Below, piece after piece: positions 19,458 through 30,205 of a stretch of 64,000 nucleotides of DNA; position 1 is the first letter of the stretch, and the number at the start of each line of letters is the position of its first letter. A program made the translations under genes and the position numbers. A model generated the notes under the pieces. That model did no database searches and was not told the origin of the DNA. It was given only the letters and a program-made list of their open reading frames with translations. Source of the stretch: an uncultured Actinomycetota bacterium (GTDB taxonomy: Bacteria; Actinomycetota; Actinomycetes; JAHEKZ01); contig CAVQYR010000001.1 of NCBI GenBank assembly GCA_963718235.1, positions 2,048,001-2,112,000 on the forward strand. Direction: 5' to 3'.

Positions 19458-22130
19458 TCAGCCCAGCAGGCGCCGCGCCGGACGGTCGGTCCGACTGAGC
19501 GGCTGCACCAGGGTCACGTGGACACCGAGCACCGCTGCGCCGGTCTGCCCGACGACGACCGGGCGTAGTGCCAGCGACCCGACCTCCGGCAGGTCGTCGG
19601 CCAGCCGGGCGACCCGAGCCACGACGTTGCGCAGCGAGGCGACGTCGACCGGGTCGCTGGCCTGGGCACCGAAGAGCAGGGGCGCGGCTCGTGGGCTGCG
19701 GATCAGGTCGTCGACGTCGACGTCGGTGAGCGGAGGGATCCGGTAGCCGCGGTCCCCCAGCAGGTCGGTGGCGATGCCGGAGAGCCCGAACGCGACGACC
19801 GGGCCGAACAGCGGGTCCTCCGACGAGGACACCACCGTGGCGACCCCCGGGTCCGCCTGCCGCTGCACGAGGAGTCCCTCGACCTCGTAGGGACGCAGCT
19901 CGTCGGCCCGAAGTGAGAACTCGCGGCGCACCGAGGCCGCGTCGTGCAGGTCGAAGTAGATGCCTCCGAGGTCGCTGCGCAGTCTCAGCAAGGACCTCTG
20001 GGTCTTCAGCACCACCGGGTAGCCCAGCCGCTCTGCGGCCGCCACTGCCTCGTCGGACGTGCGCGCCAGGATCGACGCCCAGACGTCGATGCCGTAGCAG
20101 CCGACCAGCTCGGCCGCCTGCGACGCCGTCAGCTCGACGGCGTCGTCGGGGCCTCGGCCAGCGAGCCACTCACGGACCAGCCCGGAGGCGCGCTCGTCGT
20201 CGACGTCGTCCAGATCCACCGGGGCTCCGGTCGGGCGGTGCCGCCACAGCGAGTAGTGGGTCACCGCCCCGAGTGCACGCACGGCATCCTCGACGGCCCC
20301 GAAGGTCGGAATGGTCCCCATGACGGGGACGCCGTCGGCCGAGAGGCGAAGCAGCAGGTCGTGCACGCCCTCGACCGCGAACATCACCGACACGATCGGC
20401 TTCGTGGCCCGACCAGCGACCCGGGCCAGTGCTCGCGCGACTCCTTCGCCGGTGGCCGCCATGGGTGGGACGAACAGGGTGACGATCGAGTCGACCGCCG
20501 GGTCGTCGACGGCTGCCGCGAGGGCCCGCTCCACGTCCGCGGCAGTGGCGCCCGGGTCGAACAGCAGCGGACGGTCCACGAGCTCGAGCCCGTTCGCGTC
20601 GATCGCGTCGGCGGCCATGACGGCCATCGCGTCGGAGTTGCCCAACGCCAGCACCCTGCGCCCATGCGGCAGGGGCTGGAAAGCCAGCAGCTGGGCGACG
20701 TCGAACATCTGGGCGAGGGTGTCGGTGCGGATCACGCCCGACTGCTCGAACATCTCGTCGACGGCAGCCTGGGGCAGGGACGTCGAGCGCACTGTGTGCC
20801 CCAAGGGGATTCCCTGCGAGGACCGGCCGGTCTTCACCGCCACGATCGGCTTCTGCCGACCCATCCGTCGGGCGATCCGGCTGAACTTCCTGGGGTTGCC
20901 GATCGACTCCAGGTACAGGAGCACGACGTCGGTACCGTCGTCCTCCTCCCAGTACTGCAGGAGGTCGTTCCCGCTGACGTCGGCGCGGTTGCCGGCCGAT
21001 ACGAAGGTGGTCAGGCCGAGCCCCCGCCTCACCAACGACTCGAGCAGGGCAGCGCCCATGGCACCGGACTGGGAGAAGAAGCCGATCGTCCCCCGCCCTG
21101 GCATGACGTGGGAGAGCGAGGCGTTCAGCGACACCTGCGGGTCGGTGTTGAGCACGCCAAGCGCGTTGGGCCCGATGACCCGCATCCCGTTGGACCGTGC
21201 CGTCCGGACGAGCTCGCGCTGCCGATCGGTGCCCTCCTGGCCGCTCTCGGCGAAACCCGACGACACGACCACCAGGCCCCGGGCGCCGACGACAGCGGCC
21301 TGCTCGACAACCTGCAGGACGCTGGGCGCGGGGACGGCGACGACGACGAGGTCGACCGACCCGACGTCGAGCAAAGTTGGCACGGTGGCCAGACCCGCAA
21401 CCTCTGCCGCCGCAGGGTTGACCGGGATCACCGACCCAGTGAAGCCACCCTCGACCAGGTGACGCACCAGTGCATGACCGACCGCGTGCGGATCACGACT
21501 GGCCCCGACCACGGCCACGCTGCGAGGGGTCAGCAGTCGCTGCACCGACACGGACTCGGCCCGGTGCTCCCGGGCCCGGGTCACGGCCATCGACGACGCA
21601 GACGGTTCGATGCCGAACGTCATGTGCACGACGCCGTCGTCGATCGCGGAGGACGCGTCGTATCCCGCGTGCCGGAAGACCTCCATCATGCGGGTGTTCT
21701 CGGGCAGCACCTCGGCGACGAATCGCTGTACCCCGCGTTCCCGCGCGGCCTCGGCGATGTGCTCGAGAAAGACGGTGCCGAGACCTCTGCCCTGGTGGTC
21801 GTCGCGAATCACGAAGGCCACCTCGGCCTCGTGCGGCTCGACCCGGTCGTAGCGCACGACACCGACGATCTCGTCACCGATCGTGGCCACGAGTGCCGCG
21901 CGGTCGTTGTGGTCGACAGTCGTGAACCGCACGACGTCGCGCTCGGTGAGCCGCGGGTACGGAGCGAAGAAGCGGAAGTAGACCGTCTCCGGGGACAACC
22001 GGGCATGGAACCGCCGCAGGCGGTCGGCGTCGTCGGGTCGGATCGGCCGGATGTGACAGGTGCCACCGTCCTTCAGGACGACGTCGGCCTCCCACGCGTG
22101 CGGATACCGCTCCGTCCCGGGGTCGCCCAC
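19458..22130 (-). CDS. Bifunctional GNAT / acyl-CoA synthetase-like (Pat-type) protein acetyltransferase
   Basis: N-terminal GNAT (YFRFF, QGRGLG), CoA-binding domain (VAVVGAS, GPNALG, SQSG, VSAGNRAD), ATP-grasp-like C-terminus (GYPVVLK, DPLFGP). Confidence 0.92.
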   Translation of the reverse strand: MGDPGTERYPHAWEADVVLKDGGTCHIRPIRPDDADRLRRFHARLSPETVYFRFFAPYPRLTERDVVRFTTVDHNDRAALVATIGDEIVGVVRYDRVEPHEAEVAFVIRDDHQGRGLGTVFLEHIAEAARERGVQRFVAEVLPENTRMMEVFRHAGYDASSAIDDGVVHMTFGIEPSASSMAVTRAREHRAESVSVQRLLTPRSVAVVGASRDPHAVGHALVRHLVEGGFTGSVIPVNPAAAEVAGLATVPTLLDVGSVDLVVVAVPAPSVLQVVEQAAVVGARGLVVVSSGFAESGQEGTDRQRELVRTARSNGMRVIGPNALGVLNTDPQVSLNASLSHVMPGRGTIGFFSQSGAMGAALLESLVRRGLGLTTFVSAGNRADVSGNDLLQYWEEDDGTDVVLLYLESIGNPRKFSRIARRMGRQKPIVAVKTGRSSQGIPLGHTVRSTSLPQAAVDEMFEQSGVIRTDTLAQMFDVAQLLAFQPLPHGRRVLALGNSDAMAVMAADAIDANGLELVDRPLLFDPGATAADVERALAAAVDDPAVDSIVTLFVPPMAATGEGVARALARVAGRATKPIVSVMFAVEGVHDLLLRLSADGVPVMGTIPTFGAVEDAVRALGAVTHYSLWRHRPTGAPVDLDDVDDERASGLVREWLAGRGPDDAVELTASQAAELVGCYGIDVWASILARTSDEAVAAAERLGYPVVLKTQRSLLRLRSDLGGIYFDLHDAASVRREFSLRADELRPYEVEGLLVQRQADPGVATVVSSSEDPLFGPVVAFGLSGIATDLLGDRGYRIPPLTDVDVDDLIRSPRAAPLLFGAQASDPVDVASLRNVVARVARLADDLPEVGSLALRPVVVGQTGAAVLGVHVTLVQPLSRTDRPARRLLG

Positions 22131-22205
22131 CCGCCCACGGTAGCCGTCACGATCGGACTCCCTTGCGGGCAGACACGGCGCGACACACCCGGATAGCGTC
22201 CGACC

Positions 22206-23054
22206 ATGGATCCTCAGTTCTCTGTGCCCGTGTCCGGTGGGTCGCTGGGCGGTCGGACCACCGGCGCAGGAAGGCCGGTCCTGCTGTTGCACGGCGGGCC
22301 CGGGCTCTCCTGCGACTACCTCGCCGACCTCGCCGTCGAGCTGGTCCCTGGCTACCAGGTTGCGTGGTACCAGCAGCGCAGCCTTGCACCGTCCACCACC
22401 GAGGGACCCTTCACCGTCGAGCGACACGTCGCCGACCTGGTCGCCGTGCTGGACCACCTCGGGTGGGACCAGGCCTGGGTCGTCGGGCACTCGTGGGGCG
22501 GTCACCTCGCGCTGGCAGCAGCGGTCTCCGCTGGCGAACGACTGTCTGCGGCCGTGGCCGTCGACCCACTGGGAGTGGCGGGAGACGGCGGGGCGGCCGC
22601 GTTCGAGACGGCGATGAATGCTCGAACGCCGGTCGAGTCGCGCGAGCGTGCCGCCGAGCTCGACGAGCGCGCGATGGCGGGTGAGGGAACCGCAGAGGAG
22701 GCCGCCGAGTCACTCCGCCTCTACTGGCCGGCATACTTCGCCGACCCGTCGTCGGCGCCCCCCATGCCACCGATGTCGATATCGCTGCGCGGCTACTCCG
22801 AGACCTGGGCCTCGCTGGTGGCCGGAATGCCACAGCTGACGGCTGAGCTGCCCACAGTCGAGGTCCCCATGGTGTTCGTGCACGGGGAGTGCAGTCCGAT
22901 GCCGGTGTCGGCGAGCACCGACACAGCCGGTCTGATCCCTGGCGCCACCGTCGAGGTAGTGCCCGGCGCGGGTCACTTCGTCTGGCACGAGCGACCGGGC
23001 GCAGTACGTGCCGCTCTCGATCGCCTCGTCGTGGGGCAGGCGCACCCCGGATGA
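22206..23054 (+). CDS. Alpha/beta hydrolase (proline iminopeptidase-like)
   Basis: LHGGPG, GHSWGG nucleophile elbow, GAGHF. Confidence 0.9.
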   Translation: MDPQFSVPVSGGSLGGRTTGAGRPVLLLHGGPGLSCDYLADLAVELVPGYQVAWYQQRSLAPSTTEGPFTVERHVADLVAVLDHLGWDQAWVVGHSWGGHLALAAAVSAGERLSAAVAVDPLGVAGDGGAAAFETAMNARTPVESRERAAELDERAMAGEGTAEEAAESLRLYWPAYFADPSSAPPMPPMSISLRGYSETWASLVAGMPQLTAELPTVEVPMVFVHGECSPMPVSASTDTAGLIPGATVEVVPGAGHFVWHERPGAVRAALDRLVVGQAHPG

Positions 23055-23974
23055 CCACGTCCCCCCTGCACGTCGCACCCGAGGTGGCCGACGCGCTCGC
23101 CGACGGTCGCGGCGTCGTCGCCCTCGAGTCGACCATCATCGCCCACGGTCTGACCCGACCGGACAACCTGCGGGTTGCGGCCGAGGTCGAGTCGACCGTG
23201 CGCGCGGCGGGAGCGGTCCCAGCCACCGTTGCGGTGCTCCACGGGGTCGTGTCGGTCGGACTCACCGCCGAGGAGCTGGCCAGGGTCGCTGAGACCGACG
23301 ACGTCGTGAAGCTGAGCACCCGAGACCTCGCTCCCGCCGTCGCGTCCGGCCGCGACGGCGCCACGACCGTGGCCGCGACCGCACGGATCGCCCGGCTGGT
23401 CGGCATCGAGGTCATGGCCACCGGCGGGCTCGGCGGCGTGCACCGCGAGGCACGCAGCACCTGGGACGAGTCAGCCGACCTGACCACCCTCGGCCAGACC
23501 GGGATCACCGTCGTCTCGGCCGGGGTGAAGTCGATCCTGGACGTCAGTGCCACGCTCGAGCGCCTCGAGACGCTCAACGTCACCGTGCTCGGCTACCGGA
23601 CCAACGCGTTCCCCGCCTTCTACCTGGTCGACAGTGGTCTCGCCGTCGACTGGCGGGTCGACACCCCCCAGGAGGTCGCCGCGATCGTGTCCGCCCGGGT
23701 GGCGCTGGGGCTGCACAGAAGCGCGCTGCTCGTGGCCAACCCCGTGCCACAGCCGGTGGCGTTGGACCCCGACCTGCACGACCAGACCCTGGCCGCCGGC
23801 CTCGCGGCCGCGGATCGCGAGGGCGTCCACGGCAAGGCGGTCACCCCCTTCCTGCTCGAGTGGCTGCACCGCGAGACCTCCGGCGCCTCCCTGCGGGCCA
23901 ACGAGGTGATCATCCGCAACAACGCCGCGCTTGCGGCCACGATCGCGGTCGCCCTGAAGGGTCACCGCTCATGA
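23051..23974 (+). CDS. psuG: Pseudouridine-5'-phosphate glycosidase
   Basis: VVALESTIIAHG, GATTVAAT, ATGGLGGVHR, DESADL, GVKSILD, GKAVTPFLL. Confidence 0.95.
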   Translation: MTTSPLHVAPEVADALADGRGVVALESTIIAHGLTRPDNLRVAAEVESTVRAAGAVPATVAVLHGVVSVGLTAEELARVAETDDVVKLSTRDLAPAVASGRDGATTVAATARIARLVGIEVMATGGLGGVHREARSTWDESADLTTLGQTGITVVSAGVKSILDVSATLERLETLNVTVLGYRTNAFPAFYLVDSGLAVDWRVDTPQEVAAIVSARVALGLHRSALLVANPVPQPVALDPDLHDQTLAAGLAAADREGVHGKAVTPFLLEWLHRETSGASLRANEVIIRNNAALAATIAVALKGHRS

Positions 23975-24855
23975 CCGGACCACGCGTGGTGACGGTCGGA
24001 GACCTGTTCATCGACGTGATCGCCGAGCTCGCCAGCTCCCTTCGCCACGGAGACGACACCCGGGCGCGGATCTCGCTCCACGGTGGAGGCGCCACTGCGA
24101 ACACCGCGGTCTGGCTGGCCGAGCAGGGGGTCCTGGTCGGCGCCGTTGCCAGGGTGGGCGACGACGCCTGGGGGCGCGCAGCCATCGAGATGCTCGGCAA
24201 CGACCACGTCACCGTGCACGAGATCCGGGACCAGGAACGTCCGACCGGCACCTGTGTGGTCCTCGTCGACACCGACGGCGAGCGAAGCATGGCCAGCGAC
24301 CCCGGGGCCAGCGCGTGGCTGTCGGCCGACGACCTGCCCTGGGCCTGGTTCACCTCCGGGACCCACCTGCACCTGTCCGGCTACTCCCTCGCCCAGCCGG
24401 AGTCGCGACAAGGTGTGAAGGCGGCCGTGGCCCTGGCCCGCGAAGCCCAGATGACCCTCTCGCTGGACCCGGGCTCGGTCACCACGGTGGAGTCGATCGG
24501 AGTCACCGAGTTCCTCGCCGAGGTCCGTGGGTTCGACCTGCTCCTTCCCAACGACGACGAGGCCATGGCGCTCACCGGCGCGCGCAGCCCCGAGGCCGCT
24601 GCGCAGGCCCTGGCCGCGGCGACCCGCGAGGTCGTGGTCAAGCTCGGGTCCGACGGAGCCCTGTGGAGCGACGGCCGGCGGGTCGTGCACGTCCCCGCCG
24701 AGCCGGTCGCCGTCCTCGACACCACCGGCGCCGGCGATGCCTTCGCCGCCGGGTTCCTGGCCAGGTGGCTGGACGGCCAGGACCCGGTGCGCTGCCTGCG
24801 CCAGGGGGCGGTCGTGGCCTCCGCCTGCGTCCAGCGGGTCGGCGCCCGCCCCTGA
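23971..24855 (+). CDS. PfkB-family kinase, probable pseudouridine kinase
   Basis: GGGATANTA and DTTGAGDAF motifs. ATGA-coupled to psuG. Confidence 0.88.
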   Translation: MTGPRVVTVGDLFIDVIAELASSLRHGDDTRARISLHGGGATANTAVWLAEQGVLVGAVARVGDDAWGRAAIEMLGNDHVTVHEIRDQERPTGTCVVLVDTDGERSMASDPGASAWLSADDLPWAWFTSGTHLHLSGYSLAQPESRQGVKAAVALAREAQMTLSLDPGSVTTVESIGVTEFLAEVRGFDLLLPNDDEAMALTGARSPEAAAQALAAATREVVVKLGSDGALWSDGRRVVHVPAEPVAVLDTTGAGDAFAAGFLARWLDGQDPVRCLRQGAVVASACVQRVGARP

Positions 24856-24936
24856 ACCGGGTCGCTGCTCGGCTTCGTCGGTGCGGACAGCGACAATGGG
24901 CGAGCCGAACCCGTCGACGCCAGGAGCCCCAGCCAG

Positions 24937-27381
24937 ATGGCCCGCCGAACCAGCAAGTCCAGCCCCCCGCCCGAGGACTTCGTCGAGCGCATCGTCGACG
25001 TCGACGTCGCCGAGGAGATGCAAGGCAGCTTCCTGGAGTACGCGTACTCGGTGATCTACAGCCGGGCGCTTCCCGACGCGCGCGACGGCCTGAAGCCGGT
25101 CCACCGCCGCATCCTGTTCCAGATGGACGACATGGGTCTTCGACCCGACCGAGGGCACGTGAAGTCCGCTCGGGTGGTCGGTGAGGTGATGGGCAAGCTG
25201 CACCCCCATGGCGATGGCGCCATCTACGACGCCCTGGTCCGGATGGCCCAGTCGTTCTCGATGCGGCTGCCGCTCGTCGACGGGCACGGCAACTTCGGTT
25301 CGCCCGACGCCGGGCCGGCGGCCATGCGGTACACCGAGTGCCGGATGGCGGCCCCCGCCCTGCTGATGACGGCCTCGATCGACGAGGACGTCGTCGACTT
25401 CGGCCCCAACTACGACGGGCAGCTGCGCGAGCCGGAGGTGCTCCCGGCCGCCTACCCCAACCTCCTGGTCAACGGCGCCTCGGGCATCGCGGTCGGAATG
25501 GCCACCAACATGGCCCCGCACAACCTCGGCGAGGTGGTGGCCGCTGCGCGGCACCTGATCAAGCACCCCAAGGCGGGCCTCGACGACCTCATGCGCTTCG
25601 TGCCCGGTCCCGACCTCCCGACCGGCGGCAAGATCGTCGGGCTCGAGGGCATCCGGGAGGCCTACGAGACCGGGCGCGGCAGCTTCCGGATCAGGGCGAC
25701 GACCCGGATCGAGAACGTCACTGCGCGGCGCAAGGGCATCGTGGTCACCGAGCTGCCCTACGGGGTCGGGGCCGAGAAGGTCGTCGAGAAGATCGCCGAC
25801 CTGGTCAAGGCCAAGAAGCTGCAAGGCATCGCCGACATCACCGACCTCACCGACCACGACTCCGGGCTTCGGCTGGTGGTCGAGGTCAAGAACGGGTTCA
25901 ACCCGGAGGCTGTGCTCGACGACCTCTTCCGACTCACGCCGATGGAGGACTCGTTCGGCATCAACGCGGTCGCCCTGGTCGACGGCCAACCCGCCACCCT
26001 GGGGCTCCGACAGCTGCTGCAGGTGTTCGTCGACCATCGACTCCAGGTCGTCCACCGACGGTCGCTGTTCCGGCGGACGAAGGCCGCCGACCGGCTGCAC
26101 CTGGTCGACGGCCTGCTGATCGCCATCCTCGACATCGACGAGGTCATCGACGTCATCCGAGGCAGCGACGACGCGGCACAGGCACGCGAGCGGCTGATGG
26201 CGGTGTTCGAGCTGACCGAGGTTCAGACCACCTACATCCTCGACATGCCGCTGCGCAGGCTCACGAAGTTCTCCCGGATCGAGCTCGAGTCCGAGCGAAC
26301 CACGCTGCAGAGCACCATCGACGAGCTGTCGGAGATCATCGACGACGAGGGCCGCCTGCGCCGGCTCGTCTCCGACGAGCTGTCCGACGTCGCCAAGCGG
26401 TTCGCCACGCCCCGCCGCACGGTGCTCCTGGAGTCCGCGGGCGCGCCCTCGCTCGCCGTGCCGCTGGAGGTCAGTGACGACCCGTGCCGGGTGCTGCTGT
26501 CGTCCACCGGACTGCTCGCCCGCACCAGTACCGACGAGGCCCTGCCGCGGGGTGGGGAACGCACCAAGCACGACGTCATCGTGTCCGCGGTCTCGGCCAC
26601 GGCTCGCGGCGACATCGGTGTTGCCACCTCCGCCGGGCGGGTCATCCGGCTCAGCGTGCTCGACCTGCCCGCCCTGCCGACGACGGCGACATCGCCGAAC
26701 CTCGCAGGCGGGGCGCCGATTCCCGAGTTCGTCGAGCTCGACAAGGGAGAACGTGCCCTGGCGCTGGTCGCGCTCGGTTCCGACACCGCCGGACTCGCCC
26801 TGGGTACCGCATCCGGGGTGGTGAAGCGGGTCATGGTCGATGCCCCGGCCAACAAGGACAGCTGGGAGGTCATCGGCCTCAGGGACGACGACGAGGTGGT
26901 CGGAGTCGTCCAGCTGCGTACCGGCGACGAGCAGCTGGTCTTCGTCACCGCCGAGGCGCAGCTGCTCCGGTTCGACGCCTCCGCCGTCCGCCCGCAGGGC
27001 CGACCGGCCGGGGGGATGGCCGGAGTCAAGCTCGCCCCGAGTGACCGCGTCGTCTACTTCGGTGCCGTCGACCCGTCGGTCGATAGCGAGGTGGTCACGG
27101 TGAGCGGGTCCTCAGCGGCACTTCCCGGTACCGACGCCGGGTCGGTCAAGGTCACCCCGTTCGTCGAGTACCCGGGTAAGGGTCGCGGCACTGGTGGAGT
27201 CCGCTGCCACCGGTTCCTCAAGGGTGAAGACACCCTGCTGCTCGCCTGGGTTGGCCCCGCCCCCGGCCGTGCCGCCGCCGCGACCGGGGTACCGCTGGCA
27301 CTGCCAGAGCCGGTCGGACGCCGCGACGGCTCGGGGACCGCCGGCACTCAGCCCATCGCTTCGGTGGCGGGTCCGGCATGA
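24937..27381 (+). CDS. parC: DNA topoisomerase IV subunit A (actinobacterial ParC)
   Basis: [36 protein letters not shown] active-site Tyr, beta-pinwheel C-domain. Not beside a gyrB/dnaA locus. Confidence 0.92.
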   Translation: MARRTSKSSPPPEDFVERIVDVDVAEEMQGSFLEYAYSVIYSRALPDARDGLKPVHRRILFQMDDMGLRPDRGHVKSARVVGEVMGKLHPHGDGAIYDALVRMAQSFSMRLPLVDGHGNFGSPDAGPAAMRYTECRMAAPALLMTASIDEDVVDFGPNYDGQLREPEVLPAAYPNLLVNGASGIAVGMATNMAPHNLGEVVAAARHLIKHPKAGLDDLMRFVPGPDLPTGGKIVGLEGIREAYETGRGSFRIRATTRIENVTARRKGIVVTELPYGVGAEKVVEKIADLVKAKKLQGIADITDLTDHDSGLRLVVEVKNGFNPEAVLDDLFRLTPMEDSFGINAVALVDGQPATLGLRQLLQVFVDHRLQVVHRRSLFRRTKAADRLHLVDGLLIAILDIDEVIDVIRGSDDAAQARERLMAVFELTEVQTTYILDMPLRRLTKFSRIELESERTTLQSTIDELSEIIDDEGRLRRLVSDELSDVAKRFATPRRTVLLESAGAPSLAVPLEVSDDPCRVLLSSTGLLARTSTDEALPRGGERTKHDVIVSAVSATARGDIGVATSAGRVIRLSVLDLPALPTTATSPNLAGGAPIPEFVELDKGERALALVALGSDTAGLALGTASGVVKRVMVDAPANKDSWEVIGLRDDDEVVGVVQLRTGDEQLVFVTAEAQLLRFDASAVRPQGRPAGGMAGVKLAPSDRVVYFGAVDPSVDSEVVTVSGSSAALPGTDAGSVKVTPFVEYPGKGRGTGGVRCHRFLKGEDTLLLAWVGPAPGRAAAATGVPLALPEPVGRRDGSGTAGTQPIASVAGPA

Positions 27382-27965
27382 CCGCGGGCCTCCCTTGGAA
27401 GCTCGCACTGGTCTGCCTCGTCGTGGCACTCACTGCTGGGGTCGGCGGGAGCGCTGCCGCCACGGGCGACCCACGGGAGCGGGCCGACGGTCGCTTCTGG
27501 ACCGACGACACCTCGTTCTACCGTTCGCCGTGGTTCGCCCGAGCCCACCGGATCATGATCCCGTTCGGCTGCACGAGGGCCCCCTACTACTCCCCCGACC
27601 CACGCTGCCGATACCCGCAGGGCTTCCACCACGGGATCGACCTGGCGATGCGCTGCGGCACCCGGATCTTCTCCGACGTCCGCGGTCGAGTGGTCCGCCC
27701 GAACTCGCAGGGGTCGCTCGGTTCCGCCTACGGCGGCAAGGCGTTCCGGATCCGTCATCAAGGCCACGACTTCGTGTTCGGTCACGTCCAGCGGGTGTAC
27801 GTGCAGCCCGGCGACCGGGTCCGCCGTGGCACGCTGATCGCTCGAGCGGGCGACCTCGGAGCGCCCGACGGATGCCACCTGCACTTCGAGGTCCGTCCGG
27901 CTCGGGGCGGCTACTCGACCGCGGTTGTTCCTCGACCCTTCCTCCAGCTGCGTCGGGTGCGCTGA
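27378..27965 (+). CDS. Secreted M23 family metallopeptidase
   Basis: Signal peptide, HHGID (HxxxD) and HLHFE (HxH) motifs. Confidence 0.88.
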   Translation: MTAGLPWKLALVCLVVALTAGVGGSAAATGDPRERADGRFWTDDTSFYRSPWFARAHRIMIPFGCTRAPYYSPDPRCRYPQGFHHGIDLAMRCGTRIFSDVRGRVVRPNSQGSLGSAYGGKAFRIRHQGHDFVFGHVQRVYVQPGDRVRRGTLIARAGDLGAPDGCHLHFEVRPARGGYSTAVVPRPFLQLRRVR

Positions 27966-27971
27966 GCACCC

Positions 27972-28796
27972 ATGTCCACCTGTTCGGAGGTCACCCGACA
28001 CGTGGGCGAGCCGCTCGCCGGTACGGCGTCGGTGTCGGAGGTCTGGATCGCCCTGGAACAACCTGGTCCGTGGGGCCGCAAGGCGCTGGTCGACAGCCAT
28101 CTGGACCCGGCGGTCGGCGCTGCCCTCACCGAACGCTGCACCGACCTGCCCGTCCGCGCAGTGACCATCCGCAGCATCGGCCGGCACGTCGACCTCGGTC
28201 CGCCGCGCCCACGCACGCTGCTTGTCGCCCGTACCAGTCGCTCCCCTCGACTGTGGCGGGCCGTCATCGACGACCCTCGCGCCGTGCTCGACCTCGACCT
28301 CGTGGCGCTGCTCGACGGTGGTGAGTCGTCGGTGGGTGACCCAGTGACCGGGTCCGTGGTCCTCGTCTGCACGAACGGACGTCGTGACCAGTGCTGCGCG
28401 CGCCGTGGCCGCGCTGCCGCCACTGAGCTCGCCGCCGCCGGGCACGACGTCTGGGAGTCCTCCCACCTCGGGGGGCACCGCTTCGCCCCGACCGTGCTCC
28501 GACTCCCCGACGGGTGGATGTTCGGGGGGCCGCAGGCCGCCGCCATGACCACGACGGCGTGTCGCGGACGCAGTGCGCTGCCTCCACCCGCCCAGGCCGC
28601 CGAGCTGCTCGTGCTGGGTCGACGCAGCGCCCGCGTCCCTGTCCCGCTGCCGGTGGTCACCATCGGGTCGCACCAGTTCGAAGTCGACGGCGTCCGGGTT
28701 CACGTGCGTGACGAGTTCGTCGCGCCGGACCGACCCGAGTCGTGCGGAGCGTCGCCCCTGCCGGCCGTGGCCCCCGTGGCTCGGCTCGTGCAGTGA
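27972..28796 (+). CDS. Sucrase/ferredoxin-like thioredoxin-fold [2Fe-2S] protein
   Basis: LEQPGPWG, VCTNGRRDQCC, HLGGHRFAP. Confidence 0.88.
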   Translation: MSTCSEVTRHVGEPLAGTASVSEVWIALEQPGPWGRKALVDSHLDPAVGAALTERCTDLPVRAVTIRSIGRHVDLGPPRPRTLLVARTSRSPRLWRAVIDDPRAVLDLDLVALLDGGESSVGDPVTGSVVLVCTNGRRDQCCARRGRAAATELAAAGHDVWESSHLGGHRFAPTVLRLPDGWMFGGPQAAAMTTTACRGRSALPPPAQAAELLVLGRRSARVPVPLPVVTIGSHQFEVDGVRVHVRDEFVAPDRPESCGASPLPAVAPVARLVQ

Positions 28797-28841
28797 GCCG
28801 GGCAGGATGAGCACCGAAACCGTCCGTCGAGGAGGCAGCCC

Positions 28842-29399
28842 ATGGCCCTGCAGTCCGCGCTGGTCCCGCTGGGAACTCCGGCGCCCGACTTCACCCTGCC
28901 CGACCTGAGCGGACTCCGCCTCAGCCTGGGCGACTTGGCCCATCGGGACGTGCTGGTCGTGGTCTTCGCGTGCAACCACTGCCCCTACGTCCAGCACATC
29001 GAGACGGCGCTGGCCGCGCTGAGCAAGGAGTTCTCCGACGTCGCCTTCGTCGCGATCTGCAGCAACGACCCGCTCACGTACCCCGACGACGACCTCGATC
29101 ACCTCAGGGAGCAGGTCGAGCGTGCTGGATGGACCTTCCCCTACCTCGTCGACGAGAGCCAGGACGTCGCCCGCGCCTTCAGCGCGGTGTGCACGCCGGA
29201 CTTCTTCGTCTACGGGCCCGACCGCACTCTGGCCTACCGTGGGGCCTTCGACGCGTCGACCCCTGGGAACGGGCTGGTCGTCGACGGCTCCGCGCTTCGG
29301 GCGGCCCTGACCTGCCTGGCCGCAGGGCAGCGGGTCCCCGAGCCACACCGCCCGAGCCTGGGTTGCGGCATCAAGTGGAAGTCCGCTCTCCAGTCATGA
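28842..29399 (+). CDS. Thioredoxin-like AhpC/TSA family protein
   Basis: APDFTLPD, CNHCPYV, CTPDFF, SLGCGIKW. Confidence 0.92.
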   Translation: MALQSALVPLGTPAPDFTLPDLSGLRLSLGDLAHRDVLVVVFACNHCPYVQHIETALAALSKEFSDVAFVAICSNDPLTYPDDDLDHLREQVERAGWTFPYLVDESQDVARAFSAVCTPDFFVYGPDRTLAYRGAFDASTPGNGLVVDGSALRAALTCLAAGQRVPEPHRPSLGCGIKWKSALQS

Positions 29400-29944
29400 T
29401 CGCTGAGGGAGCCTTCGACGACCTGCTCCGGGCCAACGAGGAGTTCGCCGCGACGTTCACCGACGGTGGCATGCCCGCGCGGGCGGCACGAGAGCTGGCC
29501 GTGATCACCTGCATGGACTCCCGCATTGACCCTTTCCGGATCCTCGGGCTGAGTGCCGGCGACGCGAAGATCCTCCGCAACGCCGGTGCACGCGTCACCG
29601 ACGACGTGCTGCGGACCCTCGTGCTCGCCGTCTACCTGCTCGGGGTCGAGCGGGTCCTGGTGATGCCGCACACCCACTGCCGGATGGCGGAGTCGACCGA
29701 ACAGGAGATCCACGCGATCATCACCGAGCAGTTCGCCGTGGACACCCGCAGCCTGGACTTCCACACCGATCCCGACCAGGTCGCGGCCCTCAAGCGCGAC
29801 CTGGTCAAGGTGCGCGCCTACCCGTTCATCCCCGACAGCGTCGCCGTCGGTGGAGCGATCTTCGATGTCGGCACGGGTCGGCTCGTCCCCGTTCCGCTCG
29901 ACGGCGAGGCGACACCGTCAGCTGCGTCGGCTGTACGCCCCTGA
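29396..29944 (+). CDS. Beta-class carbonic anhydrase
   Basis: CMDSR, RNAG, HTHC zinc ligands. Confidence 0.92.
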   Translation: MIAEGAFDDLLRANEEFAATFTDGGMPARAARELAVITCMDSRIDPFRILGLSAGDAKILRNAGARVTDDVLRTLVLAVYLLGVERVLVMPHTHCRMAESTEQEIHAIITEQFAVDTRSLDFHTDPDQVAALKRDLVKVRAYPFIPDSVAVGGAIFDVGTGRLVPVPLDGEATPSAASAVRP

Positions 29945-30187
29945 GCCGTAGGACGCAACGTCCAGGCAGACACCCAGACCGACCAGGAACCACCCGAACC
30001 CGGACACCCCGCCGAACGGCGCGTAGGCGATCGCCCAGAACAGGGCGGTCCACGGCAGGAAGACCAGCCCGAGCAGCTTGACCCAGAAGCTGTCGATCGA
30101 CTGGTCGACCTCGTTGGTGAAGATCCAGGCGAACAGGAACGCGACACGGGGGCCCACCAGGGCCATCAGGGCGAATACGCAGCACAC
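29918..30187 (-). CDS. Small membrane protein (89 aa)
   Basis: GPR, LGLVFLPWT, three hydrophobic segments. TACGGT -10 is 7 nt before the GTG. Confidence 0.75.
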   Translation of the reverse strand: MCCVFALMALVGPRVAFLFAWIFTNEVDQSIDSFWVKLLGLVFLPWTALFWAIAYAPFGGVSGFGWFLVGLGVCLDVASYGSGAYSRRS

Positions 30188-30205
30188 GGACGAGACCGTA
30201 TCGGT

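Noticed and set aside
19944-29348. Very long antisense ORFs (e.g. 19944..22196 +, 23962..26571 -, 27348..29348 -)
   Set aside because: Shadow frames of real genes caused by high GC3 codon bias. They show no motifs and overlap well-supported genes fully.
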